From: Eledone cirrhosa
Taxonomy: Eukaryota
DNA: 64,000 nt
Direction: 5' to 3'
NCBI GenBank assembly: GCA_964016885.1
Contig: OZ024753.1
Location: 8,432,001-8,496,000, forward strand
Part shown: in pieces, positions 13,276 to 26,096 of the stretch
How the letters are laid out: every line of letters begins with the position of its first letter
Numbering within the stretch: the first letter of the stretch is position 1
The notes under the pieces: generated by a model
The model's input: only the letters and a program-made list of their open reading frames with translations
What the model was told of the DNA's origin: nothing
The model's database searches: none
Position numbers and translations under genes: made by a program

Positions 13276-13408
13276 TCTATTGTTTTCACTGATAATATTC
13301 TCAGGAGGAAAGTTGGAGATGTAAATGAAAAAAAAAAAATCTCCATTAATATTCCACCTCAATCCAGGGAAGTCTCTAAAGAATTTTCATTTATAATAAT
13401 AATAATAA

Positions 13409-13922
13409 CTAGCAGTAAAGCCCGGCGTTGCTCGGGGTCGCTCAGTAGCTGTGTTAAAGTTACAATGTTAAGTTTCTTTTTTGGCTAAAAAACTGTAGTG
13501 TCTACTGTGCAGACTTGCATGTGGTGTTTTTGATTAATATTCCCTCAACCAACAATATGCCTTATGAAGTTAAGAAAACATAACGATAACCCGAATGTTA
13601 TAACAAAAGAGGAAATATTTGCTTGTTTTACGTAATCTTTAAATAGACTTGTTTTCAAGTAAAAATATTGTTTTAAAAGGCTTTTAAATGGAAATGAAGC
13701 AGAACAAAGGGAAATAACTCGTCACTTACGCTCAAAAATCGATACATTAGATTCGATTTCGTCACATAGGGTGGGTCAATTTGAAATATTTTTTTTCCGA
13801 TGTCTTCGCTACGGCTCAATGTACAAGTATAGCAATTTCGGTGCAATTCCGTCAGAGATTCTAAGAGGAGATGTGTGCCAAAAATCGATAGACAGACAGA
13901 CAACCACAGCTTTATATATATA
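13409..13922 (-). mobile_element. Non-autonomous Helitron
   Basis: The minus strand ends in a GC-rich hairpin CCCGAGCAACGCCGGG, 8 nt, then CTAG followed by T (canonical Helitron 3' end). (TCTG)n and a TA-rich stretch lie near the 5' end; the expected 5' TC is not clear. Confidence 0.7.
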
Positions 13923-13924
13923 AA

Positions 13925-14485
13925 TAATGAAATTATTGTGTAAAGTGCTCAGATGCACTACAACTCGTCAAAGGTGTATGTATAGTACATAGAATAATAC
14001 ACAAATGTCAGGGAAGTGAATAGTGTATGAGTCGTGTGTGTATGTGTATGGAGGGGGAACATTAGCTGTAGTGTTGGCGGATCTCGGGAAGCATGGAGGC
14101 CTTAAAGGATGCAGTGTCTCGACAGCTAACAACTGATGCAGGTAGTTTGTTCCATGCTTCAGCAACTCTGAGTGTGAAAAAATGTTTCTGAAAGTCATGG
14201 GAACTGCGCTGTTTTCTTACTTTGTGGGCATGTCCACGTGTGTTAGACACATGGAAATCAAAAAGGTACTCAGGGTTGTTGTTGGCAACATGGTTAACAA
14301 TTTTGTGGGTGTTTACCAAGTCAGTTGCCAGGCGTCGGAGCTTCAATGTATCCATGCCCAGGGAAGCAAGGCACTCAGAGTATGGTTGATGCCTGATGGA
14401 GGGTATTCGCTTGGTTGCACGTCTCTGAACAGTTTCCAGGCGGTCAATGTTCTGAGCAAGATAGGGGTTCCAGACTGGTCTAAAA
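13925..14485 (-). mobile_element. 5'-truncated CR1-clade LINE (RT C-terminus plus 3' UTR)
   Basis: ORF 14062-14480: VWNPYL...LETVQRRATK.IP...Y.E.L..L....L..RR...DL...HKI...TRGH..K......HFFT.RV...WNKLP, a typical CR1 ORF2 end. Confidence 0.85.
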
Positions 14486-14854
14486 GTAAATTGGAATTCG
14501 TGCATGTGCATGTGTGTGTGTGTCACACACCGATGCATGTGTGTGGGGGGGGCTGCCTGTGTGTGTACATCTCTATGCGTGTGTAATTAATTAGTGTGAA
14601 ATGTAATAACTTATCTAAATATTTATTTCCTTTTCTTTGTCATTCATTTCAGTTATTTCTGTTTATTTTTCTTCTCAAATATCTTTACCCCCCCCCCCCC
14701 CGCCCTAACAGGAAAATTGTTTCCTCTTTCACCCCCCCCCCCCTCCTAACCCCCCCAATAGTTCTTTCATTAAGGATGGTTTTGTTCTACATTCACCCAA
14801 TGTTGATCAAATAAATACAAGCAATATTCTAGAATTCAATTAAAAAATACTATG

Positions 14855-15050
14855 TAATTGTTTCTACTTTAGGCACAAGGCCAGCAAATACCCAGTGTAT
14901 TACTGGTACTTTATTTTATCATCGACCACGTAAGGATGAAAGGCAAAGTTAACCTCGGCGGGATTTGAACTCAGGATGGCAAGGGACGTAACTCTATGCA
15001 TCAAAGCATGGCGTCCGACCAACCCTCTACCGATACTGCCAATCCACCGC
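14855..15050 (-). mobile_element. SINE family B
   Basis: Reverse complement of the 1105-1310 consensus. Confidence 0.85.
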
Positions 15051-15094
15051 CCTTTATACTATGTAATGAATATTTCCATGTCACCATTAATGAT

Positions 15095-15410
15095 GAGGAT
15101 GATGATGATGATCATCATCATCATCATCACCGTTTTACGTCCGTTCTTCCCCGCTAGCATGGGTTAGATGGGTTGTCCTGTTGCGGGCAGTGTCCGGTCG
15201 GCTGACCATGCCTTGGCTATATGGGAACAGATTCTGTCTTGATTTCTACAGCTGGATGCCCTTCCTAACACTAACCTCATTTACTGCTAGGTGCTTTTTT
15301 TCCATGGTGCCTCCACAACCACTTTGCAGTGGGAGGGTGTGGGGGCATATTGTTTATATGCTTCAGCTTCGACTTGTACCCGAGGGGGGTTGGGTCTTCT
15401 GTATTACTGA

Positions 15411-15451
<41 letters not shown>

Positions 15452-15575
15452 CAGCTGAGTAAACTGGAGCAATATGAAATAAAGTGTCTTGCGCAAGGAA
15501 ACGACACATCACCCGGTCTGAGAATTGAACTCACAACCTTTCGATTGCAAGGCCAATGCTCTAACCACTAAGCCA
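15095..15575 (-). mobile_element. CORE-type SINE family A interrupted by (TA)n
   Basis: Head and CORE at 15450-15575; RTE-like tail at 15095-15330. Confidence 0.75.
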
Positions 15576-15596
15576 AATAAATATGTTTATATTTAT

Positions 15597-15627
<31 letters not shown>

Positions 15628-15703
15628 CATACATAACCCATGCTAGCATGGAAAATGGACGTTAAACGAAGATGATGATGATGATGATATGTATATATTT
15701 ATA

Positions 15704-15748
<45 letters not shown>

Positions 15749-16171
15749 CTAACTACCAGACATAGAATATCTGCTGCACATGATGACTGATACCCCATGT
15801 TGATGACTATGCGGTTTTGTAAAATGTAAACAAAACTCTACAGACGTTTTGAGGTATTTATTTATAAAATGCTCAATTCTGGTGAGGTCTGCGAGGATGA
15901 GACAATCGTAAATCAAATGATGATGTAAATAAGTGTTTGGTAACATATTTCAATTTATAATTTGATCCATGTGTAAATAATCTAACACAGTAGGGGGTTC
16001 AAATGTAAAAAAAAAAATATATGTACCCATGTGTACAGTTTGTTATAAGTTATCGTATTTTGAGCTGATATAACTTTTTCACCTCCATCTTCCCAATTCT
16101 TATATTTGAAAACGAATTTCTTTATATATATATATATATATATACAGACACACACTCACATATATACATAT

Positions 16172-16217
<46 letters not shown>

Positions 16218-16541
16218 AAGTTTGTCCTTCATCAGTGGCCTTCCAACCATCGTAGGCATTTTGTCGCTTTAAAGGCCATATACCTCAGGTTGGTGTGAGC
16301 AACGGCTAAAAAAAGTTGTTGGGACACGTAAATAAAGGGGACGCTAGGGTAAACAAACAAAATGGTTTAAGCAACAGAAAGTGCTATGTATATAAGAATT
16401 AAAATACTAGAGTGCTTTTGAGTAAAACACACTCGTCGTATTATAGAAATGACAGTATAGGGAATAGCTCAATGTAATACAACAGAGCCGAAAAATTATA
16501 AAAATAGACAAAGAAGACTTCAATACATCAAAAGTCTTTAT

Positions 16542-16586
16542 TAGCCTACAATGTTTCATCCCATTAATCAGGGCTCATCAGGGCAA
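16542..16586 (-). ncRNA. Minimal hammerhead ribozyme in a pLTR-like segment
   Basis: Minus strand GCC-CTGATGA-GCCC tgattaat GGGAT-GAAA-CATTG-TA-GGC then TAATAAA. GUA triplet; stem I is only about 3 bp. Confidence 0.6.
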
Positions 16587-17025
16587 GTAAACAGATAAGA
16601 AGCATTAATGGCCAGAAACTAGCCAAAACTCAGAAGAATAGGGAATACATATTCATGAAAGCTTATGAGAGATATGAAGGAAAAAGTATGTAGTTACAAA
16701 TATAGACTATAGGGCAATAAAGTGAATAAAATGTCAAACCAACGTTGATATTACAGTATGAGACAAATACATTACATGCAACATGGTAATACAATGCGGG
16801 AATTACAATATGATATAGAATACAATATAATGGGTAATAAGAAATATAAAGCTTAATATATGTATATATATATATATCCATATACATTCACACTTACACA
16901 AACACATATTAACACTTAATAAGTATAAATATACTCTCTACAATATAAAAACACCCTGCCGGTGCGCATAAATTATACAAAAAATAATAAACTATACAAA
17001 AAAAAAAATATATATATATATATAG

Positions 17026-17585
17026 TATAACAAAGTGCAGGGCAATAAAGATAGACGGTAGCCACGGAATAGGCAGACCCAGAAAAACCTGGGACGAGCT
17101 GATAAACTCCGACCTCACACACTTACACCTCACCAAGACAATGTCACTGGACCGAGACCTTTGGCGGTACTCAGTAACAGAGAAGACCCGCCTTACCTAA
17201 ATACAAAGTAAAACCTACTACAGTCAGTAGGCATCTCTAACAAAATACACCCCCGTCCCACCACCCCCACCCCATCCACACCGCCCCCTTCTATGTAAAG
17301 TTATGTTGGTGCCACACCATCCAGGCCGAAACAAATGAGATCGTGTAGGTGTCACGACAAAAAAACACACAGTCCACGCTGTAATGTGGCCGTGTAGGCA
17401 ACACCTAAAAACCTCCCAGACCCACACTGTAAATGTGGTTGGTGTTAGGAAGGGCATCCAACTGTAGAAAACCTGCCAGACAGTCCTATGCGAGCAAGAC
17501 AATCACTCTTGCCTCAAGTGGGAAAACCCCCGTCCAAACCCATGCAAGCGTGGAACACAGACGTTAAACGTTGATGATGATGATA
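17026..17585 (+). mobile_element. 5'-truncated RTE LINE, same family as 35527-36771
   Basis: Near-identical to 36230-36770 (…[15 protein letters not shown]…DRDLWR…); (GAT)n tail. Confidence 0.85.
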
Positions 17586-17958
17586 TATATGTATATATAT
17601 ATATAATGATAGAAACAGAATTTTCTTGCAGTCTAAAAGATTGAGTGGAGATGGTAGGGGGTTAGCTACCAGATTCATCTGATTTTTCTCATGTTAAGGT
17701 GTTACATTTTTGGGAATTCTGAGTCTGAAAAAACACTTGAAGACTTCAAGAATCTATGATAAAAATACTGGCTGAGTTTATCAAGAAGTATGAGTGGCAA
17801 CTAGCCATGATAATAGCTCCTCAAGAAATAAAGAAGGTACAATGAAAACAGACAGAAATATTATGTTTAGTTATAATGGCCATCTTATTTATACTAGAAT
17901 AATAAAATAGACATGGTGATGGATTTCTTATATAAACACATACACACTTGTATACATG

Positions 17959-17999
<41 letters not shown>

Positions 18000-18164
18000 A
18001 TGTATATGATGGTCTCTCACATCGATATCCAATGTATGAGTGTCCAACAAAAGTTAACTGATGTTGAACTGCCCACACAAAGTTTTATTTTAAGTGGTGA
18101 AGGCTTGTGTAGCACCAACCACACTTTTTGGAACTAACGACACATATCTTTGGTGTAGATGTTT

Positions 18165-18387
18165 GCCACGGAAAATACAATGACAGCCCTCAGCTATTTG
18201 GATGGTTGTTGACTCTGCTGAGTTCCTCTGCCCTTCGCCGGGTCTTGTATTTCATCCCACAGGGTGTCCAAATATCACCCTCCTCACCAAGCAAGCTTGG
18301 TGAGGTTGCTGGTTTAGTCGCCGATGACTCGACCATGAGACAGGTTGTACTGGGTTACATGTTACCAGTAGCACTGGAGAGTGACCT
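18165..18387 (-). mobile_element. Structured 5' leader of a short RTE-type retroposon (family C)
   Basis: The reverse complement aligns with 41511-41700 and 32852-33025; all three begin at (C)AGGT. Confidence 0.65.
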
Positions 18388-18404
18388 GTATATATATTCA
18401 TTTC

Positions 18405-18737
18405 ATCATTTCATTTCATTTTACGTCCGCTTTTTCCCTGCTTGCAAGGGTGGGACGGGAACTGATGCTGGCTGGATTTCTACAGCTGGATGCCCTTCCT
18501 ATTCCAACCTCATTTACAGTGAATGCTGGGTGCTTTTTTGCCGTGGCACCTCTACGACCACTTTGCAGTGGAATGATAGGGACCCCAGTCCCTATCATCT
18601 CATTTCTACAGCTGAGTAAACTAAAGCAATGTGAAATAAAGTGTCTTGCTCAAGGAAACAACACATCACCTGGTCTGGGAATTGAACTCACAACCTTTCG
18701 ATTGCAAGGCCAATGCTCTAACCACTAAGCCATGTGC

Positions 18738-18740
<3 letters not shown>
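18405..18740 (-). mobile_element. CORE-type SINE family A
   Basis: Full-length match to the family consensus. Confidence 0.85.
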
Positions 18741-18798
<58 letters not shown>

Positions 18799-19052
18799 TA
18801 GAGAGAGAGAGATGTAGATATCTGAGTTGTATCAGGGGACTAACCACAGTTAAAGAGAATACTCAATACATTAATAGAGTGTGGACATCAATATTTAATA
18901 TTGAAATGGCTTCTACAAGAGTAGAACACTTTTTTCATTCGTGTGAAATCATCATAAATGATGATTTCAGGTTAATGAAACAGTTCTAGTCTTGTAGAAG
19001 TCATTTTTCTTTCTACATAATAAAGATATGTATGTATATATATATACACATA

Positions 19053-19225
19053 GATAATATAAAAAGACGAAAAATCAGTGATGCATCTAGACTCAGTTCA
19101 TTGCGTGAGTCTAGATGCATCACTGATTTTTCGTCTTTTTATATTATATCACATTCTGCTCTGTAAGAACATAGAGTGCTCAACTGGCATACCGCCTATG
19201 GAAGCACCATAGCTACCATTAAACA
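19053..19225 (+). mobile_element. Short fold-back insert with 3' tail
   Basis: Perfect ~41-bp inverted arms (about 19055-19095 and 19107-19147) followed by the tail GCTCTGT..ATAGAGTGCT. Confidence 0.55.
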
Positions 19226-19287
19226 CACATATATATACATACATATATATATATATATCATCATCCTCGTCGTTTAATGTCCACGCT

Positions 19288-19347
<60 letters not shown>

Positions 19348-19720
19348 GAAAAATTTGAACAGGGACAGAACAGAGAGGCAGTACAATAAATGTTTATTAA
19401 ATTCACGCTCAGGAGAGTGGGGGGTAGGTGGGGGACGACGTTTCAGGCATAAGCCCTTCCTCAGGTGGTGGGACTTGATGTCTATATATATGTAAGTTCT
19501 GAGTTCAATCAAGCATAACCACAGTAAATAAGGTACTCAATAAATTAGCTGAGTGTAACCTTCGATTTGTATAGAACTTTATCTCTAGATCTAGCTGTTG
19601 AAATGGCTGGAGCTCAGCCGTCGGGGTCCTGAATCTTTTCATATTACCCACTCTACTACCTTAAGTATTGAGTACTCTGGTGGGTTATGGTCCACCTGGT
19701 ATCTTACCACATCCTCTTTG

Positions 19721-19775
<55 letters not shown>

Positions 19776-19799
19776 AGTAGGCTCCACAGTAAAAAGGCG

Positions 19800-20152
19800 C
19801 CACAAGGCCAGCAATTACCCCCAGTGCATTACTGGTACTTTATTTTATCAACCCCATAGGGCTGAAAAACAAAGTTAACCTTGGCAGGATTTGAACTCAG
19901 ACCATAAAGGGCCATAACTCTATGCTGCATAGTATGGCGTCTGACCCTCTACAGATACTGCCAATGTAAATTAATTGTTTCTACTTTTGCAGAAGGCTAG
20001 CAATTACCCCAGTACATTAGTGGTACTTTATTTTATCAACCCCATAGGGATGAAAGGCAAAGTTAACCTCGGCGGGATTTGAACTCAGACCATAAAGGGC
20101 CGTAACTCTATGCTGCAAACCATGGCGTCCGACCCTCTACCGATACTGCCAA
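19800..20152 (-). mobile_element. Tandem pair of SINE family B
   Basis: Two consecutive reverse-complement copies. Confidence 0.8.
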
Positions 20153-20417
20153 TGTAAAATAACGATGATAATGTAGACACTCGCTAAAGACTGAACTCTA
20201 TAGAAATTTACATTATGTAAATTTATAAACTACTCAGCAATCTTCTTCCACCCCTTCTTCACTCCCATCCTCCCCACCCCTTCCCGTCTTCCTCCTCCTC
20301 TTCCCCGTCTTCCTCCTCCTCTTCCCCGTCTTTCTCCTCCTCTTTATCATCACCTTCCCCTCCTCCTACTTGCCTTACAATATTAACTAGTAATAACTAA
20401 GTCCACTAACATTAACT

Positions 20418-20645
20418 TGTAGTAGCAGTAATAGCAGTAGTAGTAGTAGTAATAGTAGCATTAGTAGTAGTAGTAGTAATAGTAGTAGTAGTAGTAATAG
20501 TAGCATTAGTAGTAGTAGTAGCATTAGTAGCATTAGTAGTAGTAGTAGCATTAGTAGTAGTAGCAGCAGCAGTAGTTGTAGCAGTAGTTGTAGTAGTAGT
20601 AGCAGTAGTAGTAGTAGTAGTAATACCAATAGTAGTAATAGTAGC
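20418..20645. repeat. (AGT)n microsatellite
   Basis: Simple sequence; source of the poly-Leu ORF. Confidence 0.95.
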
Positions 20646-21198
20646 CAGTGATTTATAGGAGATACATATAGATGAGATTTGTCAGCAACCTTAATGGCAG
20701 CCATTCTCTAAAATACATGTCGGCCATTTTAATAGCTGTCATCTCTCTGAAATACATGTCGCAAACTATTAAATAGTTTCAGGAATGATAGTAACAGCGA
20801 AAGACCAAAACGACCTTTTAAAACCTGCAAACAATTTACGCAATATGGTAAATATTTACATTCCTGAATGCATAATCGAAATGCAATAATGATATCTTAA
20901 CAAAGCTTTCATATAGTTTAAACTGCTGATTTTTCAGATATTAATGGTGAAAATTAAAACGTTAAAAATAAAACGTTAAAAAGAAATGATGCCATCATTT
21001 CAATTTTTATCACATTTAGCTCACTGAAAACTTATACGCAAGACTAAATTACATTTTTATAACTGTAGCAAATATGTTAATGCTTTTTATTTGTATCCAT
21101 CAAAAATTTTAATGAGAGAATGTATTTTTATTTTATATTATATACATACACACATCTCTTTCTCTCATACACAGACACATACACACATATATATATTC

Positions 21199-21230
<32 letters not shown>

Positions 21231-21349
21231 TCATACACACACATACATATATATATATATATGTATACACACACACACATATATATATATACACATATAT
21301 ATGTATATGATGATGATATATACACATATATATATATACACACATATAT

Positions 21350-21720
21350 GCAGATCAGATGGTGGATGGATGCTACACGAGAATGCTGAGGATGGCTCTG
21401 AACATTAATCAGTATACACTGAGGATGAAAAACTCAGAGCTGTATGGGAGCCTCCCAAAAGTCAGCTCAAAAGTGACACAGAGGAGACTGGGGTTAGCTG
21501 GACATGCTCACCAACATCCAGAGTTGACACTGCACTCAGTGCTCCTGTGGGAGCCCCTACATGGACACACTGGAAGAGGGTGACTGAGGTTGACATATGT
21601 TGATGCCCTAAGGACAGACACTGATCTGTTGGAGACGCAGGACATGGCAGCGATAATGAGGGACAGAGACCGCTGGAGAGAACTCGTCCATGGATCTCAG
21701 GAATTTTACCCGCCCTAGAT
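21350..21720 (+). mobile_element. 5'-truncated RTE-clade LINE fragment
   Basis: DGCYTRMLRMALNI...ELYGSLP.VS.....RRL.LAGH...HPEL....VLLWEP.HG...G*..LTYVD.L..DT.L......M.DRDRWR; contains an internal stop. Confidence 0.8.
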
Positions 21721-21721
21721 A

Positions 21722-21817
21722 TATCTTAGTCTTAGTCTTAGATTCTTCCACGCCATTCGGCACGTCGAGCAGTAAGTACTCGCCAACGGTCACGACCAGC
21801 GGCAACTTTTTTGAGAC

Positions 21818-21820
<3 letters not shown>
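21722..21820 (-). mobile_element. 3' end of another RTE-type LINE
   Basis: Minus strand encodes ...KKVAAGRDRWRVLTARRAEWRGRI* followed by a (CTAAGA)n tail. Confidence 0.6.
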
Positions 21821-21848
<28 letters not shown>

Positions 21849-21920
21849 AACATACACACATATATAGATATCTAATAAACCTTTGTGTCTACCTCTGTCT
21901 TTTGTTCCCATTTAAATTTG

Positions 21921-21980
<60 letters not shown>

Positions 21981-22024
21981 AAGTTAAATAAAAGTCAAAT
22001 GATTAAAATTTAGCTTCGTTTATT

Positions 22025-22079
22025 ACTGCTATATATATTTCAGTGACAGCCATCTTTGGCTGTGACCTCTTCAGGCAGT
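22025..22079 (-). ncRNA. Type-I hammerhead ribozyme (mirror copy)
   Basis: Exact reverse complement of 22304-22358. Confidence 0.75.
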
Positions 22080-22303
22080 TTGAATTAGTATGGTATAGAC
22101 AAGTACATATGTTGTTTAGGTGTATGATATTGTCAATACTCTGATATGCCCAGTTCCTTGTTGGGTTGTTAATTCACTGGGGAACTGGAGTCATATCATT
22201 CCCCAGTGAAATAACAACCCAACAAGGAACTGGGCATATCAGAGTATTGACAATATCATACACCTAAACAACATATGTACTTGTCTATACCATACTAATT
22301 CAA

Positions 22304-22358
22304 ACTGCCTGAAGAGGTCACAGCCAAAGATGGCTGTCACTGAAATATATATAGCAGT
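22304..22358 (+). ncRNA. Type-I hammerhead ribozyme
   Basis: ACTGC-CTGAAGA-GGTCACAGCCA aaga TGGCTGTCACT-GAAA-TATATA-TA-GCAGT-AATAAA: 5-bp stem I, 11-bp stem II with one mismatch, palindromic stem III, AUA triplet. Confidence 0.78.
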
Positions 22359-22499
22359 AATAAACGAAGCTAAATTTTAATCATTTGACTTTTATTTAAC
22401 TTTATTTTACACTACTCCGGAGTAACCAAACCAACCTGCGCACTTCGTCGAGTGCTCCAGCCTGCATACTGAGGTGTTGGTATACAACCAACATAAACT

Positions 22500-22539
<40 letters not shown>

Positions 22540-22542
<3 letters not shown>

Positions 22543-22688
22543 AAGAAATTAAAAGATGGTTAAAAAAGTTCCATGTATTTTAACCATCTTTTAATTTCTT
22601 CTTATATATACTTCTTATATATACTCCAGTCCTATAAACTTATCCGATATTTGCATTGCTTTATTGTGCTACAATAAAACTCACCTCC

Positions 22689-22692
<4 letters not shown>
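22540..22692 (+). mobile_element. Internally deleted derivative of the 22744-23120 fold-back family
   Basis: Short hairpin AAAAGATGGTTAAA...TTTAACCATCTTTT plus the same tail ending CACCTCCTACA. Confidence 0.65.
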
Positions 22693-22749
<57 letters not shown>

Positions 22750-22780
22750 AGATCAAAAGATGGTTAAAGGAGTTCCATGT

Positions 22781-22849
22781 ATTTTATTATGCGCATTTCA
22801 AAAACAAACATCATCATGCAATAATATTTGTGTTTTCATCAGATAAAAC
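22781..22849 (-). ncRNA. Type-I hammerhead ribozyme (mirror copy)
   Basis: Reverse complement of 22925-22993. Confidence 0.7.
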
Positions 22850-22924
22850 AGGAGAACATATGATATGTTGATTTAAAACTGCACTATCCACAAGTGTTTT
22901 TTAGCCTTCATATCATGTTGTCCT

Positions 22925-22993
22925 GTTTTATCTGATGAAAACACAAATATTATTGCATGATGATGTTTGTTTTTGAAATGCGCATAATAAAAT
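22925..22993 (+). ncRNA. Type-I hammerhead ribozyme
   Basis: GTTTTAT-CTGATGA-[long AU-rich stem II]-GAAA-TGCGCA-TA-ATAAAAT: 7-bp stem I, palindromic stem III ATGCGCAT, AUA triplet. Confidence 0.72.
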
Positions 22994-23489
22994 ACATGGA
23001 ACTCCTTTAACCATCTTTTGATCTTATATTATGTATACTCCAGTCCTACAAACTGTAGAGTGCTTCTTATCCGATATCTGCATTGCTTTATTGTACTACA
23101 ATAAAACTCACCTCCTACATATATATATATATATATATATATGCACATACATATATTTATATTTGCACATACATATATTTATATATGCACATACATATAT
23201 GTGTGTGTTTGTGTTTATGTATAAGCTAAAATTGAAATTGTTTAACCTTTTAAAAACTCGAAAATAGATTTATTTTTTGTCATCAGACAATTAGGATTTT
23301 TAAAAATATTTACAGTGATAATTAAAATTATGAATTAGTTGGTTTCTGGGTAAGACCATTTCTATTTTCCTCTAATTTCTTCCTCAATTAATTAATAATT
23401 CCTACTTTTGCTATGTTGCAATTTCATACATTGAAAATAGCTATTTGGTATAATGTAATTTGGAACTGTTAATAGAGCTTTAAAAATAG

Positions 23490-23984
23490 TAATAATGATG
23501 ATGATCGTGGTGGCGGTGATGATGGTGGTGGTGGTGGTGGTGGTGGTAGGGATAATAGTGATGGTGGTGGTGGTGGTGGTGGTGGTGGTGGGGATAATAG
23601 TGATGGTGAGGGTGGTGGTGGTGGTGGTGGTGGGGATAATAGTGATGGTGGGGATAATAGTGATGGTGATGGTGATGGTGGTGATGATGATGGTGGTGGT
23701 GGTGGTGGTGGTGGTGGTGGTGATGGGGGTGATGATGGTGGTGGTGGTGGTGGTGGTGGTAGGGATAATAGTGATGGTGGTGGTGGTGGTGGTGGTGGTG
23801 GTAGGGATAATAGTGATGGTGGTGGTGGTGGTGGTGGTGGTGGTGGTGGTAGGGATAATAGTGATGGTGGTGGTGGTGGTGGTGGTGGTGGTGGTGGTAG
23901 GGATAATAGTGATGGTGAGGGTGGTGGTGGTGGTGGGGATAATAGTGATGGTGGGGATAATAGTGATGGTGATGGTGATGGTGG

Positions 23985-24015
<31 letters not shown>

Positions 24016-24605
24016 GGTGGTGGTGATGGGGGTGATGATGGTGGTGGTGGTGATAGTGATGATGATGATCATGGCGGTGGTGGTGGTGGGGTGATAGTGA
24101 TGATGATGATGTTGGTGATGATGATGATAGTGGTGGTGATGGTGGTGATGATGATGATGGTGGTGATAATACTGATAGTGATGATGATGATGGTAATGAT
24201 GTTGGTGATGATGATGATGGTGATGATGATGATGACGGTGGTAGTGGTGGTGATGATAGTAGTGATAGTGATGATGATGATGATGGAGGTGGTGGTGGTG
24301 GGGTTAATAGTGATAGTGATAATGATGATGATAATGATGATGATGGTAATGATGATGGTGATGACGGTAGTGGTGGTGGGGATAATAGTGATAATAATGA
24401 TGATGATGGTAATGATGATGGTAATGATGATGGTGTTGACGATAACAATGATGATGACAATGATAATGATGATAAAAACGATGATGATGATGATGAAAAC
24501 GATGATGATGATGATGACGAAAACGATGATGATGATGATGATGACAAAAACGATGATGATGGTGATGATGACAAAAACGATGATGATGATGATGATGACA
24601 AAAAC

Positions 24606-24637
<32 letters not shown>

Positions 24638-24660
24638 CAAAAAATGATGATGATGACAAA
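23490..24660. repeat. (GGT)n/(GAT)n trinucleotide array with higher-order units
   Basis: Simple sequence; source of the poly-His/Thr/Val/Ser ORFs. Confidence 0.95.
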
Positions 24661-24887
24661 AAATATACAAACAACAAATAATAGAAAAAAAGCTTGAGGT
24701 TATACATTTAAATGTTTGAAAACTAAATAGACTGGGAAGATAAACAGAGGGAAGACAGGAACACCTACAAAATGTGTTCCTGGTGTTGAGGGTTGTTCTA
24801 TCCACGGGGTGTAAAACAACCCTGCAGTAACGTTTTCCCCTATTGGGGATTTCAATTGTTATTTTATTATATATAGTTTATTGTTAT

Positions 24888-25226
24888 ATCATCATCATCA
24901 TCATTTTACGTCCATTTTTCCCTGCTTGCAAGGGTGGGAGGGGAACTGATTCTGGCTTGATTTCTACAGATGGATGCCCTTCCTAACACCAACCTCATTT
25001 ACAGTGAGTGCTGGGCGCTTTTTTGCCGTGGCACCCCCACAACCACTTTGCAGTGGAATGATATGGACCCCAGTCCTATCATCTCATTTCTACAGCTGAG
25101 TAAACTGGAGCAATGTGAAATAAAGTGTCTTGCTCAAGGAAACAACACATCACCCGGTCTGAGAATTGAACTCACAACCTTTCAATTGCAAGGCCAATGC
25201 TCTAACCACTAAGCCATCTGCCTCCA
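24888..25226 (-). mobile_element. CORE-type SINE family A
   Basis: Full-length match. Confidence 0.85.
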
Positions 25227-25538
25227 TTTATTAATGTTAAAATTATTTTTATGTAAAAGCTCTGCCGTCACGTCTTGTAATGTCCCATTTCTGTATGCCC
25301 CTATGGCAAATAAAGATAGATATCTGTTATTCATTACCAGTACAAAAACAAGAGAAAAGACGAGAAAAAAACTGTTTCTCATTCTGTGGAATAATAGCAT
25401 CAGAATCGGTCTGATGTTATTCTGGATTCTACAAATTCTAAAATTATCTCACTAAACTTTATTTAAATAATGCAGACAAATTTCTCATGATTAGCCAGTG
25501 TTTAAATTGTGGAAAGATTTACTAAAATGGTGATGTGG

Positions 25539-25622
<84 letters not shown>

Positions 25623-25686
25623 TATATATATATATATATATTATATATATTATATATATATATATATTATATATATTATATATATA

Positions 25687-25788
<102 letters not shown>

Positions 25789-25789
25789 A

Positions 25790-25887
<98 letters not shown>

Positions 25888-25896
25888 TCATCATCA

Positions 25897-26096
25897 NNNN
25901 NNNNNNNNNNNNNNNNNNNNNNNNNNNNNNNNNNNNNNNNNNNNNNNNNNNNNNNNNNNNNNNNNNNNNNNNNNNNNNNNNNNNNNNNNNNNNNNNNNNN
26001 NNNNNNNNNNNNNNNNNNNNNNNNNNNNNNNNNNNNNNNNNNNNNNNNNNNNNNNNNNNNNNNNNNNNNNNNNNNNNNNNNNNNNNNNNNNNNNNN
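25897..26096. other. Assembly gap (200 N)
   Basis: Run of N between (TA)n and (GT)n tracts. Confidence 0.99.

Larger units (their letters stand above)
21974..22505. mobile_element. Fold-back Penelope-type pLTR insert (~210-bp arms plus ~95-bp tail) in (TA)n
   Basis: 21974-22184 is the near-perfect reverse complement of 22199-22409; the tail starts CACTACTCCGG. Confidence 0.8.
22744..23120. mobile_element. Fold-back Penelope-type pLTR insert with tail, in (TA)n
   Basis: Inverted arms at about 22744-22857 and 22917-23030; tail 23031-23120. Near-identical copy at 37031-37452. Confidence 0.8.

Noticed and set aside
17640-17850. Possible exon or Tc1-like transposase remnant (LPDSSDFS...FW)
   Set aside because: There are stops in all plus-strand frames, and the similarity to the WPPxSPDLNP motif is too weak to call.
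25209-25400. Minus-strand ORF with a signal-peptide-like start (MRNSFFLVFSLVFVLV...)
   Set aside because: It runs into a SINE with no good donor site and no recognisable homology; hydrophobic runs are expected in T-rich DNA.
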